From the NCBI GenBank assembly GCA_964057225.1, contig CAXKVF010000095.1:1-64000 (forward strand): a stretch of 64,000 bases of DNA. Direction: 5' to 3'. Position 1 is the stretch's first letter. Each line of letters opens with the position of its first letter. The translations under genes and the position numbers were made by a program. The notes beneath the pieces were generated by a model that worked only from the letters and a program-made list of their open reading frames with translations, made no database searches and had not been told where the DNA came from. Positions 29,266 through 43,520 of the stretch are shown one piece after another. The stretch comes from Auanema rhodensis. Its lineage: Eukaryota; Animalia; Nematoda.

Positions 29266-32200
29266 AGCATAAATTAAAGTTCACGTAAATTTCAAAGTCA
29301 TGGTTACCATGAAGCAATATCAATAAAAATTTGTTTTTAGACTAATATGGACATGGGGAATCTAATTTTGAAAACCGCATCTCTTTATCTTTCACGTGAA
29401 GCGAGTTACATACCAAGTGCACATCACGTGTACATTTAATTAGCATAAATTAAAGTTCACGTAAATTTCAAAGTCATGGTTACCATGAACCAATATCAAT
29501 AAAAATTTGTTTTTAGACTAATATGGACATGGGGAATCTAATTTTGAAAACCGCATCTCTTTATCTTTCACGTGAAGCGAGTTACATACCAAGTGCACAT
29601 CACGTGTACATTTAATTAGCATAAATTAAAGTTCACGTAAATTTCAAAGTCATGGTTACCATGAACCAATATCAATAAAAATTTGTTTTTAGACTAATAT
29701 GGACATGGGGAATCTAATTTTGAAAACCGCATCTCTTTATCTTTCACGTGAAGCGAGTTACATACCAAGTGCACATCACGTGTACATTTAATTAGCATAA
29801 ATTAAAGTTCACGTAAATTTTAAAGTCATGGTTACCATGAACCAATATCAATAAAAATTTGTTTTTAGACTAATATGGACATGGGGAATCTAATTTTGAA
29901 AACCGCATCTCTTTATCTTTCACGTGAAGCCAGTTACATACCAAGTGCACATCACGTGTACATTTAATTAGCATAAATTAAAGTTCACGTAAATTTCAAA
30001 GTCATGGTTACCATGCACCAATATCAATAAAAATTTGTTTTTAGACTAATATGGACATGGGGAATCTAATTTTGAAAACCGCATCTCTTTATCTTTCACG
30101 TGAAGCGAGTTACATACCAAGTGCACATCATGTGTACATTTAATTAGCATAAATTAAAGTTCACGTAAATTTCAAAGTCATGGTTACCATGAAGCAATAT
30201 CAATAAAAATTTGTTTTTAGACTAATATGGACATGGGGAATCTAATTTTGAAAACCGCATCTCTTTATCTTTCACGTGAAGCGAGTTACATACCAGGTGC
30301 ACATCACGTGTACATTTAATTAGCATAAATTAAAGTTCACGTAAATTTCAAAGTCATGGTTACCATGAACCAATATCAATAAAAATTTGTTTTTAGACTA
30401 ATATGGACATGGGGAATCTAATTTTGAAAACCGCATCTCTTTATCTTTCACGTGAAGCGAGTTACATACCAAGTGCACATCACGTGTACATTTAATTAGC
30501 ATAAATTAAAGTTCACGTAAATTTCAAAGTCATGGTTACCATGAACCATTATCAATAAAAATTTGTTTTTAGACTAATATGGACATGGGGAATCTAATTT
30601 TGAAAACCGCATCTCTTTATCTTTCACGTGAAGCGAGTTACATACCAAGTGCACATCACGTGTACATTTAATTAGCATAAATTAAAGTTCACGTAAAATT
30701 CAAAGTCATGGTTACCATGAACCAATATCAATAAAAATTTGTTTTTAGACTAATATGGACAAGGGGAATCTAATTTTGAAAACCGCATCTCTTTATCTTT
30801 CACGTGAAGCGAGTTACATACCAAGTGCACATCACGTGTACATTTAATTAGCATAAATTAAAGTTCACGTAAATTTCAAAGTCATGGTTACCATGAACCA
30901 ATATCAATAAAAATTTGTTTTTAGACTAATATGGACATGGGGAATCTAATTTTGAAAACCGCATCTCTTTATCTTTCACGTGAAGCGAGTTACATACCAA
31001 GTGCACATCACGTGTACATTTAATTAGCATAAATTAAAGTTCACGTAAATTTCAAAGTCATGGTTACCATGAACCAATATCAATAAAAATTTGTTTTTAG
31101 ACTAATATGGACATGGGGAATCTAATTTTGAAAACCGCATCTCTTTATCTTTCACGTGAAGCGAGTTACATACCAAGTGCACATCACGTGTACATTTAAT
31201 TAGCATAAATTAAAGTTCACGTAAATTTCAAAGTCATGGTTACCATGAAGCAATATCAATAAAAATTTGTTTTTAGACTAATATGGACATGGGGAATCTA
31301 ATTTTGAAAACCGCATCTCTTTATCTTTCACGTGAAGCGAGTTACATACCAAGTGCACATCACGTGTACATTTAATTAGCATAAATTAAAGTTCACGTAA
31401 ATTTCAAAGTCATGGTTACCATGAAGCAATATCAATAAAAATTTGTTTTTAGACTAATATGGACATGGGGAATCTAATTTTGAAAACCGCATCTCTTTAT
31501 CTTTCACGTGAAGCGAGTTACATACCAAGTGCACATCACGTGTACATTTAATTAGCATAAATTAAAGTTCACGTAAATTTCAAAGTCATGGTTACCATGG
31601 AGCAATATCAATAAAAATTTGTTTTTAGACTAATATGGACATGGGGAATCTAATTTTGAAAACCGCATCTCTTTATCTTTCACGTGAAGCGAGTTACATA
31701 CCAAGTGCACATCACGTGTACATTTAATTAGCATAAATTAAAGTTCACGTAAATTTCAAAGTCATGGTTACCATGAACCAATATCAATAAAAATTTGTTT
31801 TTAGACTAATATGGACATGGGGAATCTAATTTTGAAAACCGCATCTCTTTATCTTTCACGTGAAGCGAGTTACATACCAAGTGCACATCACGTGTACATT
31901 TAATTAGCATAAATTAAAGTTCACGTAAATTTCAAAGTCATGGTTACCATGGAGCAATATCAATAAAAATTTGTTTTTAGACTAATATGGACATGGGGAA
32001 TCTAATTTTGAAAACCGCATCTCTTTATCTTTCACGTGAAGCGAATTACATACCAAGTGCACATCACGTGTACATTTAATTAGCATAAATTAAAGTTCAC
32101 GTAAATTTCAAAGTCATGGTTACCATGGAGCAATATCAATAAAAATTTGTTTTTAGACTAATATGGACATGGGGAATCTAATTTTGAAAACCGCATCTCT

Positions 32201-35200
32201 TTATCTTTCACGTGAAGCGAGTTACATACCAAGTGCACATCACGTGTACATTTAATTAGCATAAATTAAAGTTCACGTAAATTTCAAAGTCATGGTTACC
32301 ATGAAGCAATATCAATAAAAATTTGTTTTTAGACTAATATGGACATGGGGAATCTAATTTTGAAAACCGCATCTCTTTATCTTTCACGTGAAGCGAGTTA
32401 CATACCAAGTGCACATCACGTGTACATTTAATTAGCATAAATTAAAGTTCACGTAAATTTCAAAGTCATGGTTACCATGAACCATTATCAATAAAAATTT
32501 GTTTTTAGACTAATATGGACATGGGGAATCTAATTTTGAAAACCGCATCTCTTTATCTTTCACGTGAAGCGAGTTACATACCAAGTGCACATCACGTGTA
32601 CATTTAATTAGCATAAATTAAAGTTCACGTAAAATTCAAAGTCATGGTTACCATGAACCAATATCAATAAAAATTTGTTTTTAGACTAATATGGACAAGG
32701 GGAATCTAATTTTGAAAACCGCATCTCTTTATCTTTCACGTGAAGCGAGTTACATACCAAGTGCACATCACGTGTACATTTAATTAGCATAAATTAAAGT
32801 TCACGTAAATTTCAAAGTCATGGTTACCATGAAGCAATATCAATAAAAATTTGTTTTTAGACTAATATGGACATGGGGAATCTAATTTTGAAAACCGCAT
32901 CTCTTTATCTTTCACGTGAAGCGAGTTACATACCAAGTGCACATCACGTGTACATTTAATTAGCATAAATTAAAGTTCACGTAAATTTCAAAGTCATGGT
33001 TACCATGAAGCAATATCAATAAAAATTTGTTTTTAGACTAATATGGACATGGGGAATCTAATTTTGAAAACGGCATCTCTTTATCTTTCACGTGAAGCGA
33101 GTTACATACCAAGTGCACATCACGTGTACATTTAATTAGCATAAATTAAAGTTCACGTAAATTTCAAAGTCATGGTTACCATGAAGCAATATCAATAAAA
33201 ATTTGTTTTTAGACTAATATGGACAGGGGGGATCTAATTTTGAAAACCGCATCTCTTTATCTTTCACGTGAAGCGAGTTACATACCAAGTGCACATCACG
33301 TGTACATTTAATTAGCATAAATTAAAGTTCACGTAAATTTCAAAGTCATGGTTACCATGAACCAATATCAATAAAAATTTGTTTTTAGACTAATATGGAC
33401 ATGGGGAATCTAATTTTGAAAACCGCATCTCTTTATCTTTCACGTGAAGCGAGTTACATACCAAGTGCACATCACGTGTACATTTAATTAGCATAAATTA
33501 AAATTCACGTAAATTTCAAAGTCATGGTTACCATGAACCAATATCAATAAAAATTTGTTTTTAGACTAATATGGACATGGGGAATCTAATTTTGAAAACC
33601 GCATCTCTTTATCTTTCACGTGAAGCGAGTTACATACCAAGTGCACATCACGTGTACATTTAATTAGCATAAATTAAAGTTCACGTAAATTTCAAAGTCA
33701 TGGTTACCATGAACCAATATCAATAAAAATTTGTTTTTAGACTAATATGGACATGGGGAATCTAATTTTGAAAACCGCATCTCTTTATCTTTCACGTGAA
33801 GCGAGTTACATACCAAGTGCACATCACGTGTACATTTAATTAGCATAAATTAAAGTTCACGTAAATTTCAAAGTCATGGTTACCATGCACCAATATCAAT
33901 AAAAATTTGTTTTTAGACTAATATGGACATGGGGAATCTAATTTTGAAAACCGCATCTCTTTATCTTTCACGTGAAGCGAGTTACATACCAAGTGCACAT
34001 CACGTGTACATTTAATTAGCATAAATTAAAGTTCACGTAAATTTCAAAGTCATGGTTACCATGAACCAATATCAATAAAAATTTGTTTTTAGACTAATAT
34101 CGACATGGGGAATCTAATTTTGAAAACCGCATCTCTTTATCTTTCACGTGAAGCGAGTTACATACCAAGTGCACATCACGTGTACATTTAATTAGCATAA
34201 ATTAAAGTTCACGTAAAATTCAAAGTCATGGTTACCATGCACCAATATCAATAAAAATTTGTTTTTAGACTAATATGGACATGGGAAATCTAATTTTGAA
34301 AACCGCATCTCTTTATCTTTCACGTGAAGCGAGTTACATACCAAGTGCACATCACGTGTACATTTAATTAGCATAAATTAAAGTTCACGTAAATTTCAAA
34401 GTCATGGTTACCATGCACCAATATCAATAAAAATTTGTTTTTAGACTAATATGGACATGGGGAATCTAATTTTGAAAACCGCATCTCTTTATCTTTCACG
34501 TGAAGCGAGTTACATACCAAGTGCACATCACGTGTACATTTAATTAGCATAAATTAAAGTTTACGTAAATTTCAAAGTCATGGTTACCATGCACCAATAT
34601 CAATAAAAATTTGTTTTTAGACTAATATGGACATGGGGAATCTAATTTTGAAAACCGCATCTCTTTATCTTTCACGTGAAGCGAGTTACATACCAAGTGC
34701 ACATCACGTGTACATTTAATTAGCATAAATTAAAGTTCACGTAAATTTCAAAGTCATGGTTACCATGAACCAATATCAATAAAAATTTGTTTTTAGACTA
34801 ATATGGACATGGGGAATCTAATTTTGAAAACCGCATCTCTTTATCTTTCACGTGAAGCGAGTTACATACCAAGTGCACATCACGTGTACATTTAATTAGC
34901 ATAAATTAAAGTTCACGTAAAATTCAAAGTCATGGTTACCATGCACCAATATCAATAAAAATTTGTTTTTAGACTAATATGGACATGGGGAATCTAATTT
35001 TGAAAACCGCATCTCTTTATCTTTCACGTGAAGCGAGTTACATACCAAGTGCACATCACGTGTACATTTAATTAGCATAAATTAAAGTTCACGTAAATTT
35101 CAAAGTCATGGTTACCATGAAGCAATATCAATAAAAATTAGTTTTTAGACTAATATGGACATGGGGAATCTAATTTTGAAAACCGCATCTCTTTATCTTT

Positions 35201-35425
35201 CACGTGAAGCGAGTTACATACCAAGTGCACATCACGTGTACATTTAATTAGCATAAATTAAAGTTCACGTAAATTTCAAAGTCATGGTTACCATGAAGCA
35301 ATATCAATAAAAATTTGTTTTTAGACTAATATGGACATGGGGAATCTAATTTTGAAAACCGCATCTCTTTATCTTTCACGTGAAGCGAGTTACATACCAA
35401 GTGCACATCACGTGTACATTTAATT

Positions 35426-38400
35426 AGCATAAATTAAAGTTCACGTAAATTTCAAAGTCATGGTTACCATGAAGCAATATCAATAAAAATTTGTTTTTAG
35501 ACTAATATGGACATGGGGAATCTAATTTTGAGAACCGCATCTCTTTATCTTTCACGTGAAGCGAGTTACATACCAAGTGCACATCACGTGTACATTTAAT
35601 TAGCATAAATTAAAGTTCACGTAAATTTCAAAGTCATGGTTACCATGAAGCAATATCAATAAAAATTCGTTTTTAGACTAATATGGACATGGGGAATCTA
35701 ATTTTGAAAACCGCATCTTTTTATCTTTCACGTGAAGCGAGTTACATACCAAGTGCACATCACGTGTACATTTAATTAGCATAAATTAAAGTTCACGTAA
35801 ATTTCAAAGTCATGGTTACCATGAAGCAATATCAATAAAAATTTGTTTTTAGACTAATATGGACATGGGGAATCTAAATTTGAAAACCGCATCTCTTTAT
35901 CTTTCACGTGAAGCGAGTTACATACCAAGTGCACATCACGTGTACATTTAATTAGCATGAATTAAAGTTCACGTAAATTTCAAAGTCATGGTTACCATGC
36001 ACCAATATCAATAAAAATTTGTTTTTAGACTAATATGGACATGGGGAATCTAATTTTGAAAACCGCATCTCTTTATCTTTCACGTGAAGCGAGTTACATA
36101 CCAAGTGCACATCACGTGTACATTTAATTAGCATAAATTAAAGTTCACGTAAATTTCAAAGTCATGGTTACCATGCACCAATATCAATAAAAATTTGTTT
36201 TTAGACTAATATGGACATGGGGGATCTAGTTTTGAAAACCGCATCTCTTTATCTTTCACGTGAAGCGAGTTACATACCAAGTGCACATCACGTGTACATT
36301 TAATTAGCATAAATTAAAGTTCACGTAAATTTCAAAGTCATGGTTACCATGAAGCAATATCAATAAAAATTTGTTGTTAGACTAATATGGACATGGGGAA
36401 TCTAATTTTGAAAACCGCATCTCTTTATCTTTCACGTGAAGCGAGTTACATACCAAGTGCACATCACGTGTACATTTAATTAGCATAAATTAAAGTTCAC
36501 GTAAATTTCAAAGTCATGGTTACCATGAACCAATATCAATAAAAATTTGTTTTTAGACTAATATGGACATGGGGAATCTAATTTTGAAAACCGCATCTCT
36601 TTATCTTTCACGTGAAGCGAGTTACATACCAAGTGCACATCACGTGTACATTTAATTAGCATAAATTAAAGTTCACGTAAATTTCAAAGTCATGGTTACC
36701 ATGAACCAATATCAATAAAAATTTGTTTTTAGACTAATATGGACATGGGGAATCTAATTTTGAAAACCGCATCTCTTTATCTTTCACGTGAAGCGAGTTA
36801 CATACCAAGTGCACATCACGTGTACATTTAATTAGCATAAATTAAAGTTCACGTAAATTTCAAAGTCATGGTTACCATGAACCAATATCAATAAAAATTT
36901 GTTTTTAGACTAATATGGACATGGGGAATCTAATTTTGAAAACCGCATCTCTTTATCTTTCACGTGAAGCGAGTTACATACCAAGTGCACATCACGTGTA
37001 CATTTAATTAGCATAAATTAAAGTTCACGTAAATTTCAAAGTCATGGTTACCATGAACCAATATCAATAAAAATTTGTTTTTAGACTAATATGGACATGG
37101 GGAATCTAATTTTGAAAACCGCATCTCTTTATCTTTCACGTGAAGCGAGTTACATACCAAGTGCACATCACGTGTACATTTAATTAGCATAAATTAAAGT
37201 TCACGTAAATTTCAAAGTCATGGTTACCATGAAGCAATATCAATAAAAATTTGTTTTTAGACTAATATGGACATGGGGAATCTAATTTTGAAAACCGCAT
37301 CTCTTTATCTTTCACGTGAAGCGAGTTACATACCAAGTGCACATCACGTGTACATTTAATTAGCATAAATTAAAGTTCACGTAAATTTCAAAGTCATGGT
37401 TACCATGAAGCAATATCAATAAAAATTTGTTTTTAGACTAATATGGACATGGGGAATCTAATTTTGAAAACCGCATCTCTTTATCTTTCACGTGAAGCGA
37501 GTTACATACCAAGTGCACATCACGTGTACATTTAATTAGCATAAATTAAAGTTCACGTAAATTTCAAAGTCATGGTTACCATGAAGCAATATCAATAAAA
37601 ATTTGTTTTTAGACTAATATGGACATGGGGAATCTAATTTCGAAAACCGCATCTCTTTATCTTTCACGTGAAGCGAGTTACATACCATGTGCACATCACG
37701 TGTACATTTAATTAGCATAAATTAAAGTTCACGTAAATTTCAAAGTCATGGTTACCATCAACCAATATCAATAAAAATTTGTTTTTAGACTAATATGGAC
37801 ATGGGGAATCTAATTTTGAAAACCGCATCTCTTTATCTTTCACGTGAAGCGAGTTACATACCAAGTGCACATCACGTGTACATTTAATTAGCATAAATTA
37901 AAGTTCACGTAAATTTCAAAGTCATGGTTACCATGAAGCAATATCAATAAAAATTTGTTTTTAGACTAATATGGACATGGGGAATCTAATTTCGAAAACC
38001 GCATCTCTTTATCTTTCACGTGAAGCGAGTTACATACCATGTGCATATCACGTGTACATTTAATTAGCATAAATTAAAGTTCACGTAAATTTCAAAGTCA
38101 TGGTTACCATGAACCAATATCAATAAAAATTTGTTTTTAGACTAATATGGACATGGGGAATCTAATTTTGAAAACCGCATCTCTTTATCTTTCACGTGAA
38201 GCAAGTTACATACCAAGTGCACATCACGTGTACATTTAATTAGCATAAATTAAAGTTCACGTAAATTTCAAAGTCATGGTTACCATGCACCAATATCAAT
38301 AAAAATTTGTTTTTAGACTAATATGGACATGGGGAATCTAATTTTGAAAACCACATCTCTTTATCTTTCACGTGAAGCGAGTTACATACCAAGTGCACAT

Positions 38401-41400
38401 CACGTGTACATTTAATTAGCATAAATTAAAGTTCACGTAAATTTCAAAGTCATGGTTACCATGCACCAATATCAATAAAAATTTGTTTTTAGACTAATAT
38501 GGACATGGGGAATCTTATTTTGAAAACCGCATCTCTTTATCTTTCACGTGAAGTGAGTTACATACCAAGTGCACATCACGTGTACATTTAATTAGCATAA
38601 ATTAAAGTTCACGTAAATTTCAAAGTCATGGTTACCATGAACCAATATCAATAAAAATTAGTTTTTAGACTAATATGGACATGGGGAATCTAATTTTGAA
38701 AACCGCATCTCTTTATCTTTCACGTGAAGCGAGTTACATACCAAGTGCACATCACGTGTACATTTAATTAGCATAAATTAAAGTTCACGTAAATTTCAAA
38801 GTCATGGTTACCATGAAGCAATATCAATAAAAATTTGTTTTTAGACTAATATGGACATGGGGAATCTAATTTTGAGAACCGCATCTCTTTATCTTTCACG
38901 TGAAGCGAGTTACATACCAAGTGCACATCACGTGTACATTTAATTAGCATAAATTAAAGTTCACGTAAATTTCAAAGTCATGGTTACCATGAAGCAATAT
39001 CAATAAAAATTCGTTTTTAGACTAATATGGACATGGGGAATCTAATTTTGAAAACCGCATCTCTTTATCTTTCACGTGAAGCGAGTTACATACCAAGTGC
39101 ACATCACGTGTACATTTAATTAGCATAAATTAAAGTTCACGTAAATTTCAAAGTCATGGTTACCATGAAGCAATATCAATAAAAATTTGTTTTTAGACTA
39201 ATATGGACATGGGGAATCTAAATTTGAAAACCGCATCTCTTTATCTTTCACGTGAAGCGAGTTACATACCAAGTGCACATCACGTGTACATTTAATTAGC
39301 ATGAATTAAAGTTCACGTAAATTTCAAAGTCATGGTTACCATGCACCAATATCAATAAAAATTTGTTTTTAGACTAATATGGACATGGGGAATCTAATTT
39401 TGAAAACCGCATCTCTTTATCTTTCACGTGAAGCGAGTTACATACCAAGTGCACATCACGTGTACATTTAATTAGCATAAATTAAAGTTCACGTAAATTT
39501 CAAAGTCATGGTTACCATGCACCAATATCAATAAAAATTTGTTTTTAGACTAATATGGACATGGGGGATCTAGTTTTGAAAACCGCATCTCTTTATCTTT
39601 CACGTGAAGCGAGTTACATACCAAGTGCACATCACGTGTACATTTAATTAGCATAAATTAAAGTTCACGTAAATTTCAAAGTCATGGTTACCATGAAGCA
39701 ATATCAATAAAAATTTGTTTTTAGACTAATATGGACATGGGGGATCTAGTTTTGAAAACCGCATCTCTTTATCTTTCACGTGAAGCGAGTTACATACCAA
39801 GTGCACATCACGTGTACATTTAATTAGCATAAATTAAAGTTCACGTAAATTTCAAAGTCATGGTTACCATGAAGCAATATCAATAAAAATTTGTTGTTAG
39901 ACTAATATGGACATGGGGAATCTAATTTTGAAAACCGCATCTCTTTATCTTTCACGTGAAGCGAGTTACATACCAAGTGCACATCACGTGTACATTTAAT
40001 TAGCATAAATTAAAGTTCACGTAAATTTCAAAGTCATGGTTACCATGAACCAATATCAATAAAAATTTGTTTTTAGACTAATATGGACATGGGGAATCTA
40101 ATTTTGAAAACCGCATCTCTTTATCTTTCACGTGAAGCGAGTTACATACCAAGTGCACATCACGTGTACATTTAATTAGCATAAATTAAAGTTCACGTAA
40201 ATTTCAAAGTCATGGTTACCATGAACCAATATCAATAAAAATTTGTTTTTAGACTAATATGGACATGGGGAATCTAATTTTGAAAACCGCATCTCTTTAT
40301 CTTTCACGTGAAGCGAGTTACATACCAAGTGCACATCACGTGTACATTTAATTAGCATAAATTAAAGTTCACGTAAATTTCAAAGTCATGGTTACCATGA
40401 ACCAATATCAATAAAAATTTGTTTTTAGACTAATATGGACATGGGGAATCTAATTTTGAAAACCGCATCTCTTTATCTTTCACGTGAAGCGAGTTACATA
40501 CCAAGTGCACATCACGTGTACATTTAATTAGCATAAATTAAAGTTCACGTAAATTTCAAAGTCATGGTTACCATGAAGCAATATCAATAAAAATTTGTTT
40601 TTAGACTAATATGGACATGGGGAATCTAATTTTGAAAACCGCATCTCTTTATCTTTCACGTGAAGCGAGTTACATACCAAGTGCACATCACGTGTACATT
40701 TAATTAGCATAAATTAAAGTTCACGTAAATTTCAAAGTCATGGTTACCATGAAGCAATATCAATAAAAATTTGTTTTTAGACTAATATGGACATGGGGAA
40801 TCTAATTTTGAAAACCGCATCTCTTTATCTTTCACGTGAAGCGAGTTACATACCAAGTGCACATCACGTGTACATTTAATTAGCATAAATTAAAGTTCAC
40901 GTAAATTTCAAAGTCATGGTTACCATGAAGCAATATCAATAAAAATTTGTTTTTAGACTAATATGGACATGGGGAATCTAATTTCGAAAACCGCATCTCT
41001 TTATCTTTCACGTGAAGCGAGTTACATACCATGTGCACATCACGTGTACATTTAATTAGCATAAATTAAAGTTCACGTAAATTTCAAAGTCATGGTTACC
41101 ATCAACCAATATCAATAAAAATTTGTTTTTAGACTAATATGGACATGGGGAATCTAATTTTGAAAACCGCATCTCTTTATCTTTCACGTGAAGCGAGTTA
41201 CATACCAAGTGCACATCACGTGTACATTTAATTAGCATAAATTAAAGTTCACGTAAATTTCAAAGTCATGGTTACCATGAAGCAATATCAATAAAAATTT
41301 GTTTTTAGACTAATATGGACATGGGGAATCTAATTTCGAAAACCGCATCTCTTTATCTTTCACGTGAAGCGAGTTACATACCATGTGCACATCACGTGTA

Positions 41401-42113
41401 CATTTAATTAGCATAAATTAAAGTTCACGTAAATTTCAAAGTCATGGTTACCATGAACCAATATCAATAAAAATTTGTTTTTAGACTAATATGGACATGG
41501 GGAATCTAATTTTGAAAACCGCATCTCTTTATCTTTCACGTGAAGCAAGTTACATACCAAGTGCACATCACGTGTACATTTAATTAGCATAAATTAAAGT
41601 TCACGTAAATTTCAAAGTCATGGTTACCATGCACCAATATCAATAAAAATTTGTTTTTAGACTAATATGGACATGGGGAATCTAATTTTGAAAACCACAT
41701 CTCTTTATCTTTCACGTGAAGCGAGTTACATACCAAGTGCACATCACGTGTACATTTAATTAGCATAAATTAAAGTTCACGTAAATTTCAAAGTCATGGT
41801 TACCATGCACCAATATCAATAAAAATTTGTTTTTAGACTAATATGGACATGGGGAATCTTATTTTGAAAACCGCATCTCTTTATCTTTCACGTGAAGTGA
41901 GTTACATACCAAGTGCACATCACGTGTACATTTAATTAGCATAAATTAAAGTTCACGTAAATTTCAAAGTCATGGTTACCATGAACCAATATCAATAAAA
42001 ATTAGTTTTTAGACTAATATGGACATGGGGAATCTAATTTTGAAAACCGCATCTCTTTATCTTTCACGTGAAGCGAGTTACATACCAAGTGCACATCACG
42101 TGTACATTTAATT
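35426..42113 (+). repeat. Tandem duplication of a ~19-monomer block (~3344 bp) with internal one-monomer gain and loss
   Basis: GAGAACC 35532/38876, TTCGTTT 35668/39012, CTAAATTT 35878/39222, GCATGAA 35959/39303, TTTCGAA 37641/40985, CATCAACC 37759/41103, CCACATC 38353/41697, AAGTGAG 38554/41898, AATTAGT 38660/42004. Confidence 0.93.
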
Positions 42114-42993
42114 AGCATAAATTAAAGTTCACGTAAATTTCAAAGTCATGGTTACCATGAAGCAATATCAATAAAAATTTGTTTTTAGACTAATATGGAC
42201 ATGGGGAATCTAATTTTGAAAACCGCATCTCTTTATCTTTCACGTGAAGCGAGTTACATACCAAGTGCACATCACGTGTACATTTAATTAGCATAAATTA
42301 AAGTTCACGTAAATTTCAAAGTCATGGTTACCATGAACCAATATCAATAAAAATTAGTTTTTAGACTAATATGGACATGGGGAATCTAATTTTGAAAACC
42401 GCATCTCTTTATCTTTCACGTGAAGCGAGTTACATACCAAGTGCACATCACGTGTACATTTAATTAGCATAAATTAAAGTTCACGTAAATTTCAAAGTCA
42501 TGGTTACCATGAAGCAATATCAATAAAAATTTGTTTTTAGACTAATATGGACATGGGGAATCTAATTTTGAAAACCGCATCTCTTTATCTTTCACGTGAA
42601 GCGAGTTACATACCAAGTGCACATCACGTGTACATTTAATTAGCATAAATTAAAGTTCACGTAAATTTCAAAGTCATGGTTACCATGAACCAATATCAAT
42701 AAAAATTTGTTTTTAGACTAATATGGACATGGGGAATCTAATTTTGAAAACCGCATCTCTTTATCTTTCACGTGAAGCGAGTTACATACCAAGTGCACAT
42801 CACGTGTACATTTAATTAGCATAAATTAAAGTTCACGTAAATTTCAAAGTCATGGTTACCATGAACCAATATCAATAAAAATTTGTTTTTAGACTAATAT
42901 GGACATGGGGAATCTAATTTTGAAAACCGCATCTCTTTATCTTTCACGTGAAGCGAGTTACATACCAAGTGCACATCACGTGTACATTTAATT

Positions 42994-43168
42994 AGCATAA
43001 TTAAAGTTCACGTAAAATTCAAAGTCATGGTTACCATGCACCAATATCAATAAAAATTTGTTTTTAGACTAATATGGACATGGGGAATCTAATTTTGAAA
43101 ACCGCATCTCTTTATCTTTCACGTGAAGCGAGTTACATACCAAGTGCACATCACGTGTACATTTAATT
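42994..43168 (+). repeat. 175-bp monomer (1-bp deletion)
   Basis: AGCATAATTAAAG instead of AGCATAAATTAAAG; register shifts by 1. Homopolymer error is possible. Confidence 0.9.
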
Positions 43169-43520
43169 AGCATAAATTAAAGTTCACGTAAATTTCAAAG
43201 TCATGGTTACCATGAACCAATATCAATAAAAATTTGTTTTTAGACTAATATGGACATGGGGAATCTAATTTTGAAAACCGCATCTCTTTATCTTTCACGT
43301 GAAGCGAGTTACATACCAAGTGCACATCATGTGTACATTTAATTAGCATAAATTAAAGTTCACGTAAATTTCAAAGTCATGGTTACCATGAACCAATATC
43401 AATAAAAATTTGTTTTTAGACTAATATGGACATGGGGAATCTAATTTTGAAAACCGCATCTCTTTATCTTTCACGTGAAGCGAGTTACATACCAAGTGCA
43501 CATCACGTGTACATTTAATT

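Noticed and set aside
37636-37655. CENP-B box-like TTTCGAAAACCG variant
   Set aside because: It matches only the TTCG part of NTTCGNNNNANNCGGGN, lacks the A and CGGG positions, and is a rare variant.
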